Numbered from the stretch's first letter, positions 49,094 through 60,073 are shown. The stretch: 64,000 nucleotides of DNA from an uncultured Methylococcaceae bacterium (GCA_903927955.1 CAIYOW010000101.1:17937-81936); one strand, 5' to 3'. Program-made: numbers and translations. Notes: generated from the sequence alone by a model not told the origin.

Positions 49094-49546
49094 ATGATGG
49101 CAGCCACACGGCAACGCGGCTTTACCCTGTTAGAGCTGATTGTTGTGCTGTTCATTATGCTGATGGGCTTTTCCGCGATAGCCATCAGCATTTCTTCCGG
49201 CAATGACACAGCCAAATTGAACGCGGCAGCAAGAGATATTGTGTCCGCACTACGTTATGCCAAAGGCCAAGCACTGGTTAGCCATAAGCAAACCACCGTG
49301 GGCTTTGACATAGACAACAACAGTTATGCCATCAGCACCCGCGAACAGGCTTACCCGATAGACCCAGCCATATCGCTGACTATTGTCACCGCCGAAAGCG
49401 AATTGACTGGGCAATCCCAAGGCGATATACGTTTTTTCCCTGACGGTTCCTGTACCGGCGGTAGGATAACGCTGGCCCGCGGCGAGGTGGCACGACAAAT
49501 TGATTTAAATTGGTTGACGGGCCAAATAACCCTTGAAAACAAATAA
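49094..49546 (+). CDS. gspH: Minor pseudopilin GspH
   Basis: GFTLLELIVV, RYAKGQA, IRFFPDGSCTGG. Confidence 0.9.
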   Translation: MMAATRQRGFTLLELIVVLFIMLMGFSAIAISISSGNDTAKLNAAARDIVSALRYAKGQALVSHKQTTVGFDIDNNSYAISTREQAYPIDPAISLTIVTAESELTGQSQGDIRFFPDGSCTGGRITLARGEVARQIDLNWLTGQITLENK

Positions 49547-49937
49547 CCAGCAAGGGTTTTCATTATTGGAAATCCTGATCGCCTTTTCTATTATGGCCTT
49601 GTCGCTGGGCATTTTACTGCGGATTTTTTCGGGTGGCGTCAACACCGCAATGGTGGCTGAAGACTATAATGTTGCCGTGCAAATTGCCGAGTCGATGATG
49701 GCAAAGATAGGTGAGGAAGTGCCTTTGAAGTCCACCGAATCCGACGGTGTGGCATTCGACAAATATGCTTGGGCCGTTACTGTTGAACCGTTTGAATTTA
49801 ACCCCGACAATGCCGACCAATCCACACTAAAGGCCCAGCTATTTAAAATCACGGTCTCCGTCGCTTGGGGGGAGCAAGCAGGCAAGGAACGCAGCATTGA
49901 GCTAAAAACACTAAAACTAGGCGTCAAACCGTTATGA
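49533..49937 (+). CDS. gspI: Minor pseudopilin GspI
   Basis: GFSLLEILIAF prepilin motif; C-terminal VSVAW...SIELKTLK; operon position. Confidence 0.88.
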   Translation: MKTNNQQGFSLLEILIAFSIMALSLGILLRIFSGGVNTAMVAEDYNVAVQIAESMMAKIGEEVPLKSTESDGVAFDKYAWAVTVEPFEFNPDNADQSTLKAQLFKITVSVAWGEQAGKERSIELKTLKLGVKPL

Positions 49938-50626
49938 ACGCCCGCTTGAACCGCCCGTGCAATGGCACCGAAAAAAAAGCCCAGGGCTTTACGCTACTGG
50001 AAGTTTTGATCGCCATGAGCTTGCTCGGTATTATGGTAGTATTACTGTTTGCAAGCCTTAAGACCTGTGCCGAAAGTTGGGAAAGAGGGGAGGCAAAAAT
50101 TGCCGCTGTCAATGAAGTGGCAGTGGTCTACCAATTTTTCAAACGGCATTTGGCCTTGGCAGTGCCATTGACGAACGATTTTGACCCAGAAAATATCACT
50201 TTTGCGTTCCAAGGCGAGCAACATGCCCTGAAATTTGTATCGGCATTTCCGGCCAGTGCCGCCAAATCCGGTTTACAATTATTTTCGCTGCAAAGGCTGG
50301 ACGATGAACAAGGGCATTACCTGCAAGTGACACTGACCCCTTTTGTGACCCCGCAGCAAGGCAGCGCACTCCCGCACGAAGATGTCACCTTGATTGACCA
50401 TGTAAAAGACATTTCCTTGGTCTACTTCGGCAATAACCCCAACAGCGGCGAAGCCGATTGGCAAAACGATTGGCTGGAACGGGACAGTTTGCCGCGCCTG
50501 ATAAAAATTACCATTGAGCTGGACAATGGCACCGAATGGCCAGAAATGGTCATAGGGCTTAAAGTAAACGGTAGCCAAGGTGAAATCGGCAGCGAAGTGA
50601 TGGCGGAACCTGGAGTAGAGCAATAA
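49934..50626 (+). CDS. gspJ: Minor pseudopilin GspJ
   Basis: GFTLLEVLIAMSL; W...W...LPRLIKI motif near the C-terminus. Confidence 0.88.
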   Translation: MNARLNRPCNGTEKKAQGFTLLEVLIAMSLLGIMVVLLFASLKTCAESWERGEAKIAAVNEVAVVYQFFKRHLALAVPLTNDFDPENITFAFQGEQHALKFVSAFPASAAKSGLQLFSLQRLDDEQGHYLQVTLTPFVTPQQGSALPHEDVTLIDHVKDISLVYFGNNPNSGEADWQNDWLERDSLPRLIKITIELDNGTEWPEMVIGLKVNGSQGEIGSEVMAEPGVEQ

Positions 50627-51690
50627 TGGCGGATACTGCACCACCCACCAGGCGGTTGCAACAAGGCATCGCCTTGGTATTGGTGTTATGGGTACTTAGC
50701 CTATTGACCATTATGGCCGGCAGCTTCGCGCTCAGCATGAGGCGCGAAACCGCCATTGTGGCAGGTGAAAAAGACAACATCCTAGGCTTGGCGATTGCGG
50801 AATCTGGCATTGCCATTGCCGAACTGATGCTGCTTAACCCCGATGCCGCACAACGTTGGCGGACAGATGGCAGTATTTATGAAATTGCTTACCCGCGCAC
50901 ACCCAGTGCCAGCTCGGCTGATGATGGCAACTGGAAGATCAGAATAAAATTATTGTCTGAGAGTGGCAAAGTCGATATCAATGCCGCTGACGAAAAACTG
51001 TTGCAGGTATTGCTCAGCAATGCCCCCATTACACAACAAGAACAAGCCAGCTTGGTGGCGGCTATTTTAGATTGGCGGGATAGTGACGACCTGGCCCAAT
51101 TAAACGGCGCCGAAAAAGAGGATTATGCCAAAGCTGGCCTGCATTACCAACCTAGCAACAAACCATTTAAAGCCATGGAAGAATTGCAATGGGTAAAGGG
51201 TATGGATAACACTACTTACCAGTGGTTGGAGCCGCTGATCACCATCAATTCAGGTTCCGCACAAGTTGATTTTCAAAAAGCCACGCCCGAAGTATTGCAC
51301 GCTGTTGGCAACTTGGATAGTGCTTTGATCGAAGATTATATAGCCGCCCGGGTAGACAGTGCCCGCAACGACCTGCCCGCACCCGCTTTTCCGGCAGCGG
51401 GTACACCCGCACAGAACCCGAACCAAATAGGAGGGGCGGTCACCATCATGGTGGAAGCACTATGGGATAACAAAGCTGATGCCGATGTACCGGACAGCGA
51501 CGACAGCCAGCAAGGCATCGCCATGAGCGCATTGGTGCAACCAAGCGCAGATGGCACGAACACGCCTTTTACAGTTTTAAAATGGCGACACAACACAACA
51601 GACAATACAACAGAAAATGCATCGCTATTCGGCGAAGCGATGGATGATTTTTTAGTGAAGCAATATGCTGAATATAAATTCGACAATTGA
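50626..51690 (+). CDS. gspK: Minor pseudopilin GspK
   Basis: QGIALVLVLWVL (no Glu+5), ESGKVDINAAD, ILDWRDSD, EELQWVKGM. Confidence 0.92.
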   Translation: MADTAPPTRRLQQGIALVLVLWVLSLLTIMAGSFALSMRRETAIVAGEKDNILGLAIAESGIAIAELMLLNPDAAQRWRTDGSIYEIAYPRTPSASSADDGNWKIRIKLLSESGKVDINAADEKLLQVLLSNAPITQQEQASLVAAILDWRDSDDLAQLNGAEKEDYAKAGLHYQPSNKPFKAMEELQWVKGMDNTTYQWLEPLITINSGSAQVDFQKATPEVLHAVGNLDSALIEDYIAARVDSARNDLPAPAFPAAGTPAQNPNQIGGAVTIMVEALWDNKADADVPDSDDSQQGIAMSALVQPSADGTNTPFTVLKWRHNTTDNTTENASLFGEAMDDFLVKQYAEYKFDN

Positions 51691-52780
51691 TTGGGACGTT
51701 AAGTCTTTTTTGCGCTGGTGGCTGCGTGAACTCAGCTTTCTGATCCCTGAAAACATAAGGCACTCAGTATTTGATGAGCAAGGTTTTATTATCGTCAGCA
51801 CCAGCCAAGACAATCTGATTTTACATTTCAGCTATCGGGGACAATCCGAACTGTTGGCCACGCTTGAACACAACAAACAGGGTATAGCGCACTATAAAAC
51901 CTTATTGGATAAAGATACGCGCTTGCCAAAAGCTAAAGTCATATTGCGCCTCAATGCTGCCCAAGCGGTTTATACAACCCTATCCTTACCAGTCGCGGTC
52001 AAAGGCAACCAGCAGCAAGTGGTCGGCTACGAACTGGACAAATATACCCCGTTTAAAGCCGAACAAGTTTATTTTGCCATCAGGCAATTGCCTGAGAGCG
52101 AACCCGGACAGATTGCCGTGCAAGTGATAATATCACCCAAGGAACACTTGGATAGCCTGTACTATGAAGCCAAAACATTGGGCATGGTGCCGTTGTTTGC
52201 CGATTTTGCCACCCTACCCAATCAGTTGGATGACAGCAGGGGGCGTTACAATCTGTTACCCGAAGCCTTTAGGCAAAAAGTGGCAAAAACCCCCCAGATC
52301 ATCTACGGTGGTCTCGTTACGGCACTGCTGATTTTGCTATTGACCTCGCTGATATTGCCGTTGTGGATGGAAAGTGAAACCATTGCACAATTGCAAGAAC
52401 GTGTTGACAGTATCGAAAAAGAAGCCAAGAAGATCAAAAAAACGCAAGCCGAGGTATCAGCCTTTGCAGAGCAAACGCAAAAATTAATTGACCATAAAAC
52501 CGCTTTGCCGCCTATGGTGGAAATGCTCAACGAACTCAGCACACTGATTAAAGACGACACATCGCTCGATTATGCGCAATATGCCGATGGGCATTTACAA
52601 ATATTGGGCGAATCACCGGCAGCATCCGGGCTGATTTCAGTATTGGAATCATCCGAGTTATTTGCCAACGCACGTTTTGTCTCGCCTGTGACTCAAGACA
52701 ATGTCAGCAAACTTGAGCGGTTCCAAATAACCGTGGATGTCACTAAACGGGAAAATCATGGCAACAATCTACAAAAATAA
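51665..52780 (+). CDS. gspL: GspL / PilN-domain protein
   Basis: FLRWWLREL, ELDKYTPFKAEQVYF, single TM, G.SPAASGLI..LESS..FANARF.SP; XpsL-like. Confidence 0.85.
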   Translation: MLNINSTIDWDVKSFLRWWLRELSFLIPENIRHSVFDEQGFIIVSTSQDNLILHFSYRGQSELLATLEHNKQGIAHYKTLLDKDTRLPKAKVILRLNAAQAVYTTLSLPVAVKGNQQQVVGYELDKYTPFKAEQVYFAIRQLPESEPGQIAVQVIISPKEHLDSLYYEAKTLGMVPLFADFATLPNQLDDSRGRYNLLPEAFRQKVAKTPQIIYGGLVTALLILLLTSLILPLWMESETIAQLQERVDSIEKEAKKIKKTQAEVSAFAEQTQKLIDHKTALPPMVEMLNELSTLIKDDTSLDYAQYADGHLQILGESPAASGLISVLESSELFANARFVSPVTQDNVSKLERFQITVDVTKRENHGNNLQK

Positions 52781-53363
52781 CGAAAAAATGCAGCGCTGGT
52801 TGGCCATCGGCCTGCTAGTGCTGGTGATCGCCACCTTTGCCGCTTTGGTGTTGACACCCCTGTTAGGCAAAGGTATGGAGCTGAGTGAAGAAAAGGAAAC
52901 ACTGGAATTCAAACTGCAACAATACGAGCGTATCTTGGCAACTAAAGACAGCGTGACGCAGGCCTTGGAAAATCTCAGGGAACAGCACGACCAACAAGGC
53001 TATTTCAACACTCAGGAAACGGATGCCTTGGCATCTGCCGAAATGCAGGAATTCATAAAAAAAACTATTGTGGATGCGGGTGGTCAACTCAGTAGCACCC
53101 AAGTTGTACCTGCCAGCAGCAACAATAAATTGGATTTTGACAGCATTGATGTAAGAGTCAGGATGACAGCCACTAGCGAACAAATGCGGACAATACTGTA
53201 CCAAATTGAAACATCCGCGCCTTTTGTTGTTATCGACCAAATCGATATCCGACCTTTGCGCGGTAATAGAAATGCCGTGACGCGGCAATTGGATGCCGGA
53301 AACTTACTGAGCGTCAATTTTCAGGCTGTTAGCTTTATGAGAAAAAAGCCAAATGAACAATAA
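52758..53363 (+). CDS. gspM: GspM (XpsM type)
   Basis: N-terminal TM, coiled coil, ALASAEMQEFIK, LYQIETSAPFVVIDQI; operon position. Confidence 0.85.
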   Translation: MATIYKNNEKMQRWLAIGLLVLVIATFAALVLTPLLGKGMELSEEKETLEFKLQQYERILATKDSVTQALENLREQHDQQGYFNTQETDALASAEMQEFIKKTIVDAGGQLSSTQVVPASSNNKLDFDSIDVRVRMTATSEQMRTILYQIETSAPFVVIDQIDIRPLRGNRNAVTRQLDAGNLLSVNFQAVSFMRKKPNEQ

Positions 53364-54015
53364 GTTTGTCACCGCATTGTTGGTCGCCTGCCTACCCTTC
53401 AGTTTGATTATTATTGGTGAATGGCTATATGCCCTGCACGCCCGTGAAGCTGCCTTACAGCCAAAAGCAACCACCAATAACACAGCCGCCCCTATTGCTA
53501 TGCCAAGTGTGGATTTATCAAGACAACCCGAAGAAAGCTTTGAACAAATGGTCAGCCGGCCACTCTTTATGAAAGGCCGGCGACCCGTGGCGGAATCCAG
53601 CACCGCCCAAGCAGAAGCGGAGATGTTGCAAGCCAATTTTGATTGGCAACTGGATGGCATCTATTCCACCCCTAAAGGCAGTTATATCTTATTAAGCCGT
53701 GCCAAGGGCAAAAAACCCCGCGACAACTACCGCAAGCTGACTGTAGGTGGCATGGTGGAAGGTTGGAAACTGGAAGAAATAGATGCCACCAAAGCGGTGT
53801 TTAGCGTTGCTGGAGAGAAAAAGCAATTACTGCTAAAAAAGCCCAAACCTAAAATGCCGAATAACCCAGGCAATCCGCCAACCGACCCTTCTGGAGCGGG
53901 CGGAATAGCACCACCGGAACAAATCATTCCCGCAGTGCCACCCATTCCACCTGATAACGAACAGCCTATAGACGATTTACCTGAGGACTCACCTGTCAAT
54001 GCCCCAAATGAATAA
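53353..54015 (+). CDS. XpsN/GspC-like connector protein
   Basis: N-terminal TM, RPLF..GRRP, GW.LEEI, Pro-rich tail; lies between gspM and gspD as XpsN does in Xanthomonas. Confidence 0.65.
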   Translation: MNNKFVTALLVACLPFSLIIIGEWLYALHAREAALQPKATTNNTAAPIAMPSVDLSRQPEESFEQMVSRPLFMKGRRPVAESSTAQAEAEMLQANFDWQLDGIYSTPKGSYILLSRAKGKKPRDNYRKLTVGGMVEGWKLEEIDATKAVFSVAGEKKQLLLKKPKPKMPNNPGNPPTDPSGAGGIAPPEQIIPAVPPIPPDNEQPIDDLPEDSPVNAPNE

Positions 54016-56236
54016 GCCTAGAAAAATAGCCACCGCCTGTTACCTACTTAGCGCAGGTCTGGTGCTTTCGAGTTGTGAATCATTGCACCCGCGCTCATCC
54101 CCATTGCTGCCTTTGGAGCCGGTTGCCAATAATTTGCGTAACAGTAACCCCGTGCTTTCCGATGACTTGTTAAACAAGCCGTTAAAACCTAAGGAAGCCT
54201 TGCCGGGCGAACTGTATTTTGGCACCGACCGTTTTGTGGCCCCCACGCCGGGCTACCGCAAAAATGGCACGGGCAATACCGCTGGCACTTACAGCCTGAA
54301 TTTTGACGATGCTGACCTAGGCGAAGTGGCTAAGGTGATCCTAGGCGATATTTTAGGGCAAAACTATGTGCTGAATCCTAAGGTGGCTGGCAAAGTCACT
54401 TTACAAACCACCCAAGCACTCACCAAGGAAGAGCTGTTACCGACCTTGGAAATGGTATTGCGGATGAACAACGCCGCCTTGGTAAAAGTAGCGAAAATAT
54501 ACCATATTGAACCTGCCGCCGATGCCTTGTTGACCTCCGACATTACTGCCACCAGCCGCCCGGGCTATCAAACCCGCGTCATACCGGTAAAAAATGTTGA
54601 CGTACAAGACATTGTGGATGTCATTAAACCACTGGTGGGTGAAAAAACCATCCTCAATGTGGACGGCACGCGTAATATTATCATCGCTTCAGGCACTGCC
54701 GACGAAATGGCGCGGGTTATGGATATGGTTGGCACTTTTGATATTGACGTGCTACGCGGGCGTTCTTTCGGCCTGTTTTCCTTGGCACATGTGGAACCGG
54801 ATGCCATTATTGAAGAATTACAAGCGGTATTCGACCAAAAATCCAAAGACAATGATTCCGAATTTTTCCGCTTCATTGCCATAGAGCGGCTTAATGCGGT
54901 GTTGGCCATCACCCATCAAGCCAAGTACCTGAACGATATTGAAACATGGGTGCACCGGCTGGACAAAGCCAGCTCAGAAAAAGGCGGCGGGGTTTATGTG
55001 TACCGCGCCCAGCATTATGATTCCGATGAACTGGCAAACACCTTAAACGAAATTTTTACCGGCGCACAAAAGCGCGACACTGCGGCAAAATTGGCACCGG
55101 GGCAGAAATCATCCTCGCTCAGCAATAATTCCAGCAGTGCCAACAGCTCAACTTCTGGCTCATCATCAAACAACAGTTCTGCCTCAAATTCCAGCTCCGG
55201 TTCTGGTTCCAGTACCGCTGCCGGTGGCAGCTCGGGCGGCCTAAGCAAAAGAACCAAGAAAACATCAGCCAGCGGCAGCGGCAGTGCCAGTACCGGTGAT
55301 GTCAAGGTTTCCAATGTGGACAATGTCAGGATTATTTCCGACAAAGCCAACAACTCCTTGATCATAGTCGCCAAGCCGCGTGAATATGAAGTGATTCTAC
55401 CGATCATCAAACAACTTGATATTTTACCTTTACAAGTGCTGATTGATGCCACCATTGTTTCGGTAAAATTGAAAGATGATTTGCAATACGGTATCTCATG
55501 GTATCTGTCACACAAAGGCTCATCTTTGGGCAGCACAGGGTCAACCTCCACAGCTGCAGCGGCCATTGCCACCGGCGCTGCAACAGGAGGGCTAGGGGCC
55601 ATCTACAGTTCAGGTACGGTACAAGCGTTACTGACCGCCCAGTCAACACTCAACAACGTCAAAGTCATCTCCTCGCCCTCTCTGATGGTGTTGAACAACC
55701 AACAAGCAAAAATCAATGTTGGTGACCAAATCCCTATCCAGACGGGCACAACCTCGGTGCCTGTTTCGGGTGGCACTATCGCCCAAGCGTCTTCCATACA
55801 ATACAAAGACACCGGCGTCACCTTGGAAGTCACCCCACGGGTAAACGCCAATGGCATGGTGATTATGGATATTTCGCAAATAGTCAGTAGTGTCGTGCCA
55901 CAAGCCAACGGGGTGACTTCCACTGCAACTATCAATAAAAAAGAAATTGAAAGTTCGGTTGCCGTGCAAGACGGTGAAACCATAGTATTGGGCGGTCTGA
56001 TAGACAACAACATCACTAACGATAAAGCCGGTATCCCCTTTCTGCAGGAATTACCGTGGATTGGCCCGTTGTTTGGTTCAACCACCCGCAACAACGATAA
56101 AGACGAATTGGTGGTGCTAATCACCCCCCGCGTGGTCAAAAGTAGGCAGGATTCCAGGCTGATTTCCAACGAATTCAAACGGAAATTAACTGGTATTTAC
56201 GATAGCGGCGCACCCGCCCGCATTAAACGCTACTAG
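54008..56236 (+). CDS. gspD: Type II secretion secretin GspD (lipoprotein type)
   Basis: Lipobox LSSC, YSLNFDDADL.EV.KVILGDILG.NY, Ser-rich loop, NQQAKINVGDQIP, DTGVTLEVTPRVN, K.GIPFL..LPWIG.LF, ELVVLITPRVV. Confidence 0.96.
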   Translation: MNKPRKIATACYLLSAGLVLSSCESLHPRSSPLLPLEPVANNLRNSNPVLSDDLLNKPLKPKEALPGELYFGTDRFVAPTPGYRKNGTGNTAGTYSLNFDDADLGEVAKVILGDILGQNYVLNPKVAGKVTLQTTQALTKEELLPTLEMVLRMNNAALVKVAKIYHIEPAADALLTSDITATSRPGYQTRVIPVKNVDVQDIVDVIKPLVGEKTILNVDGTRNIIIASGTADEMARVMDMVGTFDIDVLRGRSFGLFSLAHVEPDAIIEELQAVFDQKSKDNDSEFFRFIAIERLNAVLAITHQAKYLNDIETWVHRLDKASSEKGGGVYVYRAQHYDSDELANTLNEIFTGAQKRDTAAKLAPGQKSSSLSNNSSSANSSTSGSSSNNSSASNSSSGSGSSTAAGGSSGGLSKRTKKTSASGSGSASTGDVKVSNVDNVRIISDKANNSLIIVAKPREYEVILPIIKQLDILPLQVLIDATIVSVKLKDDLQYGISWYLSHKGSSLGSTGSTSTAAAAIATGAATGGLGAIYSSGTVQALLTAQSTLNNVKVISSPSLMVLNNQQAKINVGDQIPIQTGTTSVPVSGGTIAQASSIQYKDTGVTLEVTPRVNANGMVIMDISQIVSSVVPQANGVTSTATINKKEIESSVAVQDGETIVLGGLIDNNITNDKAGIPFLQELPWIGPLFGSTTRNNDKDELVVLITPRVVKSRQDSRLISNEFKRKLTGIYDSGAPARIKRY

Positions 56237-56241
56237 CCTAT

Positions 56242-56274
56242 AAAAAAGGGGTTGGCGAATAACGCCAACCCCTT
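56242..56274. terminator. Terminator between convergent gspD and rpiA
   Basis: AAGGGGTTGGCG-aataa-CGCCAACCCCTT, 12-bp stem with an A-run on the left (U-tract for the minus strand). Confidence 0.8.
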
Positions 56275-56315
56275 GTGTGCGTTTGTCACCCAGTAGGCAA
56301 CAATGTTAATGCACC

Positions 56316-56969
56316 TTAGAACTTAACGATGGTCTCACCTTGGCAGACCAAAACCACGTCAGCAGGACGCATCGCAAACAAACCCACGGTGATAACACCG
56401 GTGATTTGGTTGATCGCTTGCTCCAATTTGATAGGTTCTAAAATGTTCAAATTATGGACATCCAAAATATGGTTGTGGTTATCAGTCACACAGCCTTCAC
56501 GCCACACCGGTTGTCCACCCAGTTTGACCAACTCACGGGCCACATAGCTTCTGGCCATTGGGATAACTTCAACTGGCAAAGGAAACTTGCCCAAAATATC
56601 TACCCGCTTGCTGTCATCAGCGATACAGACAAAGGTTTTGCTGGCGGCAGCAATAATTTTTTCGCGGGTCAATGCCGCCCCACCACCTTTAATCAATTGC
56701 TTATGCGGATTGATCTCGTCAGCACCATCAACATAAACTTCCAGTGTACCGACCTCGTTCAAGTCCAATACCGGAATGCCCAGGCTTTTCAAGCGTTCGG
56801 TCGTACCCACCGAGCTGGACACCGCGCCATCAATCGAGCCTTTCATGTCAGCCAGATAATTGATGAAATGATTGACTGTAGAGCCGGTGCCCACACCAAT
56901 AACAGGCACATCTTTAATATATTCAAGCGCGGCTTGTGCCACTTTTTGTTTTAATTCATCTTGAGTCAT
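56316..56969 (-). CDS. rpiA: Ribose-5-phosphate isomerase A (start at ATG 56969)
   Basis: [47 protein letters not shown]. Confidence 0.98.
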   Translation of the reverse strand: MTQDELKQKVAQAALEYIKDVPVIGVGTGSTVNHFINYLADMKGSIDGAVSSSVGTTERLKSLGIPVLDLNEVGTLEVYVDGADEINPHKQLIKGGGAALTREKIIAAASKTFVCIADDSKRVDILGKFPLPVEVIPMARSYVARELVKLGGQPVWREGCVTDNHNHILDVHNLNILEPIKLEQAINQITGVITVGLFAMRPADVVLVCQGETIVKF

Positions 56970-57055
56970 GATTGCTACCGTAATTTCAATAATGTAATAG
57001 TTGGGTATGCGATAATAACCCAGAAATGCATATTCTTCAGCCGATTTTTTAGCAC

Positions 57056-58597
57056 ATGCCCCAACAAACTTACCTAGAAAAAATCCTCCGTGCCAAAGTT
57101 TACGATGTCGCCATTGAGACACCGTTGGATTATGCCCGCAGCCTATCCGAACGCCTCGGCAACCACATCTATTTAAAGCGCGAAGACCTGCAATCGGTGT
57201 TTTCTTTTAAATTGCGCGGCGCATACAACAAAATGTCTTTGCTGAGTGTGGACGAAAGAGACCTGGGCGTTATAGCCGCTTCAGCAGGCAACCATGCCCA
57301 AGGCGTGGCCTTGGCGGCAAAGCATCTGGGCATTAATGCGCTGATTGTGATGCCCACCACGACACCGGAAATAAAAATCAAATCGGTCAAAGCAATGGGC
57401 GCGCAAACCGTACTGTTTGGTGATGCCTATAACGACGCTTATAACCACGCGCTTACATTGGCGGCACAAAGTGGGCGGGTGTTTATCCACCCTTACGATG
57501 ATCCTGATGTGATTGCCGGGCAAGGCACTGTGGCGATGGAAATCTTGCGTCAAAAAACCGGCGATCTGCACGCCATTTTTGTACCCGTGGGCGGCGGCGG
57601 GCTGATTGCAGGTGTGGCGGTTTACGCCAAATTTGTCCGCCCGGACATTAAAATTATTGGCGTTGAACCGGATGATGCGGACTGCCTTAACCGCGCCTTA
57701 CAGGCCAATGAACGCGTCATCATTGATCAAGTCGGTTTATTTGCCGACGGCGTGGCGGTCAAGCAAGTGGGGGCTGAGCCATTCCGTTTGGCGCAACGCT
57801 ATGTGGATGAAGTGATCACCGTCAGTACCGACGAAATTTGTGCCGCCATTAAAGATATTTTTGATGATACCCGCTCCATCAGTGAACCTGCCGGGGCGCT
57901 GGCAGTGGCAGGCTTAAAAAAATATGCCGAACGCGAACAAGCCAAAGGGCAAACCTTAGTGGCAATCGACAGCGGCGCCAATATCAATTTTGACCGCCTG
58001 CGTTATGTGGCTGAACGGGCGCAAGTGGGCGAACATCGGGAAATTTTATTAGCGGTGACTATTCCTGAAACCCCTGGCAGTTTTTTGGCTTTCTGCCAAT
58101 TGTTGGGTGGGCGTAACATCACCGAATTTAACTACCGCTATTTTAATGCCGCCGCCGCGCAAGTGTTTGTCGGCATTTCCAGTAGTGGCTTGGAAGTTGA
58201 TAGGGCCACCCTGATAACGCAACTGCAACAACAAGGTTTGGCCATCACCGACATGACTGCCAACGAGCTGGCTAAGGAACATATCCGCTATATGGTCGGC
58301 GGGCACACGCACAGCGGGCTGGATGAAGTGGTTTACAGCGTGGAATTTCCCGAACGCCCCGGCGCACTGCTCAGGTTTTTGACCGAATTGGGCGGACGCT
58401 GGAACATTAGCCTGTTCCACTACCGCAACCACGGTGCCGCTTTTGGCAAAGTATTGATGGGGCTGCAAATAGCCCAAAGGGAACAACCGGCTTTTCAGGA
58501 TTGTTTGGAAGGCTTGGGGTTTGTTTACAAAAAAGAATCCGATAATCCGGCCTATCGGTTGTTTTCCGGCGGTGGCAAGCCGCTTAGTCCGAAATAA
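57056..58597 (+). CDS. ilvA: Threonine ammonia-lyase, biosynthetic
   Basis: [38 protein letters not shown], two C-terminal ACT-like repeats (PERPGAL, HYRNHGA). Confidence 0.97.
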   Translation: MPQQTYLEKILRAKVYDVAIETPLDYARSLSERLGNHIYLKREDLQSVFSFKLRGAYNKMSLLSVDERDLGVIAASAGNHAQGVALAAKHLGINALIVMPTTTPEIKIKSVKAMGAQTVLFGDAYNDAYNHALTLAAQSGRVFIHPYDDPDVIAGQGTVAMEILRQKTGDLHAIFVPVGGGGLIAGVAVYAKFVRPDIKIIGVEPDDADCLNRALQANERVIIDQVGLFADGVAVKQVGAEPFRLAQRYVDEVITVSTDEICAAIKDIFDDTRSISEPAGALAVAGLKKYAEREQAKGQTLVAIDSGANINFDRLRYVAERAQVGEHREILLAVTIPETPGSFLAFCQLLGGRNITEFNYRYFNAAAAQVFVGISSSGLEVDRATLITQLQQQGLAITDMTANELAKEHIRYMVGGHTHSGLDEVVYSVEFPERPGALLRFLTELGGRWNISLFHYRNHGAAFGKVLMGLQIAQREQPAFQDCLEGLGFVYKKESDNPAYRLFSGGGKPLSPK

Positions 58598-58626
58598 ACG
58601 GTTTTAAAGTTCTGTAGCCTGTAGCC

Positions 58627-59559
58627 ATGAAAAACAACCTATTCACCTTTGAGCAAATCCATATCGAAGTAGCGCGTAATGCTTCTGATGACTTCAACCT
58701 GTTCCATGATAAACACAAATGGCTGGAAGTCACCCATAACCCTTTCCGTGGCCCCATTGTCTTAGGTTTTCAATTGAACACCTTAATTGAACACCAAATA
58801 CGCCTATACCGTGAAACCCATTATGAAAACCGCATTATTGCCGACAAACAACTGCGTTATAGCAATTATCAGGTGATATTTGTCAATGCCTTAAGGCCAC
58901 GCCAAGCAATATCGCTGGACATTAAAAAAACGCTGATCAATACCATTCCCAACCTGACCCTGACCAATCGCGTCACCATAAAATCCCAAGGCAAAACGAT
59001 TTTATTAGGCTACAAAAAGGAAACGCAAAAACCTTTGTTCCTAGCCGACACGGACTTTAGCCAGTTGCCTGACCTAAACACTGTGCCTGACAAAACTAAC
59101 GTGCCTGGCACGGACTATTTTTTGAAACGCAAATGGATGCACAATGGCAACGTAAAAAACTTTTTGTCCGGTTCATTGGCGGAACAATCGGATTATTTTG
59201 ACGAACTGACCGATTTTGCCCATTATCCTGAAGTGTTCCCCTGTAGTTTGACCTCCGGTGCATTGTTGGATAAGGCGCAACTGGAAAACCACGACTTTAA
59301 GGCCAACCCTATGGTCTACACCTCGCACGACATTAGCGTTGACCGCAATCTGGTCAGCCAAATAAGAAACAACGACAAATTGCATATTTTGGTGAAGCAG
59401 TTGCCAGAATCGCAAGACAACACCCTGAACAACACCCAAATCCTACTGCGTTCTTACGAATGTTATGGCTTATTAGAAAATCACGCGGTATTGTTCCGGA
59501 TTAAGCTTAATCTAGTGCCGTTGGAAGAGATCATCAAAAACTTAGCCACAAAAAACTAG
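58627..59559 (+). CDS. Hypothetical protein, probable hot-dog-fold (MaoC-like) dehydratase/thioesterase
   Basis: ARNASDDFNLFH and PIVLGFQL resemble the MaoC SGDxNPIH / xIAHG motifs. Confidence 0.5.
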   Translation: MKNNLFTFEQIHIEVARNASDDFNLFHDKHKWLEVTHNPFRGPIVLGFQLNTLIEHQIRLYRETHYENRIIADKQLRYSNYQVIFVNALRPRQAISLDIKKTLINTIPNLTLTNRVTIKSQGKTILLGYKKETQKPLFLADTDFSQLPDLNTVPDKTNVPGTDYFLKRKWMHNGNVKNFLSGSLAEQSDYFDELTDFAHYPEVFPCSLTSGALLDKAQLENHDFKANPMVYTSHDISVDRNLVSQIRNNDKLHILVKQLPESQDNTLNNTQILLRSYECYGLLENHAVLFRIKLNLVPLEEIIKNLATKN

Positions 59560-59735
59560 CCTATCAACAGGAAAGCGGCATCGGTCGCCCCTTCAGATTG
59601 CTCGGCAAGGGTCGCTTCCTCATTGGCTATCGCCATGATACTGCTCTATTTTTTGCGCTTCGGCCTGAGTAATGCGTCTACCTATCGCGGCGGACTACCG
59701 CGTCTATACATTCGGCCCCCATAGTTTTATCCTTA
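59560..59735 (-). pseudogene. Degraded fragment(s), probably podophage internal-virion protein genes
   Basis: AAGGA RBS plus ATG 59723 gives MGAECIDAVV; across two 1-nt shifts this continues AAIGRRITQAEAQKIEQ, then a copy of the 60091-60150 sequence. Confidence 0.45.
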
Positions 59736-59806
59736 AACTAAGTTGACAATGCACAACCGTTACAACTAAATTAATGCTTATGAAATCATTTATCGGGGCT
59801 TAACAC

Positions 59807-60073
59807 ATGACCACCATCACTTTTGACACGTTAAAATTTGCCAATAAACTTAAGTCGGCTGGTGTCCCTGACAAGCAGGCCGAAGCAGAAGCCGAGGCTA
59901 TATCTGAAGTCCTAGAGGTCAATCTAAAAGATCTCGTCACAAAAGAGTACCTTGATGTAAAATTTCAACAAGAACTGGCGCCGATACGGACTGATCTTGC
60001 CATTTTAAAATGGATGATGGGCATATTAATTGCTGGTGTCATGTCGATTGTCATTAAGACCTTTTTCTCATAA
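59807..60073 (+). CDS. DUF1640 (CCDC90-like) coiled-coil membrane protein
   Basis: TITFDTLKFANKLKSAGVPDKQAEA, DLVTK, LKWM.G..IA. Confidence 0.88.
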   Translation: MTTITFDTLKFANKLKSAGVPDKQAEAEAEAISEVLEVNLKDLVTKEYLDVKFQQELAPIRTDLAILKWMMGILIAGVMSIVIKTFFS

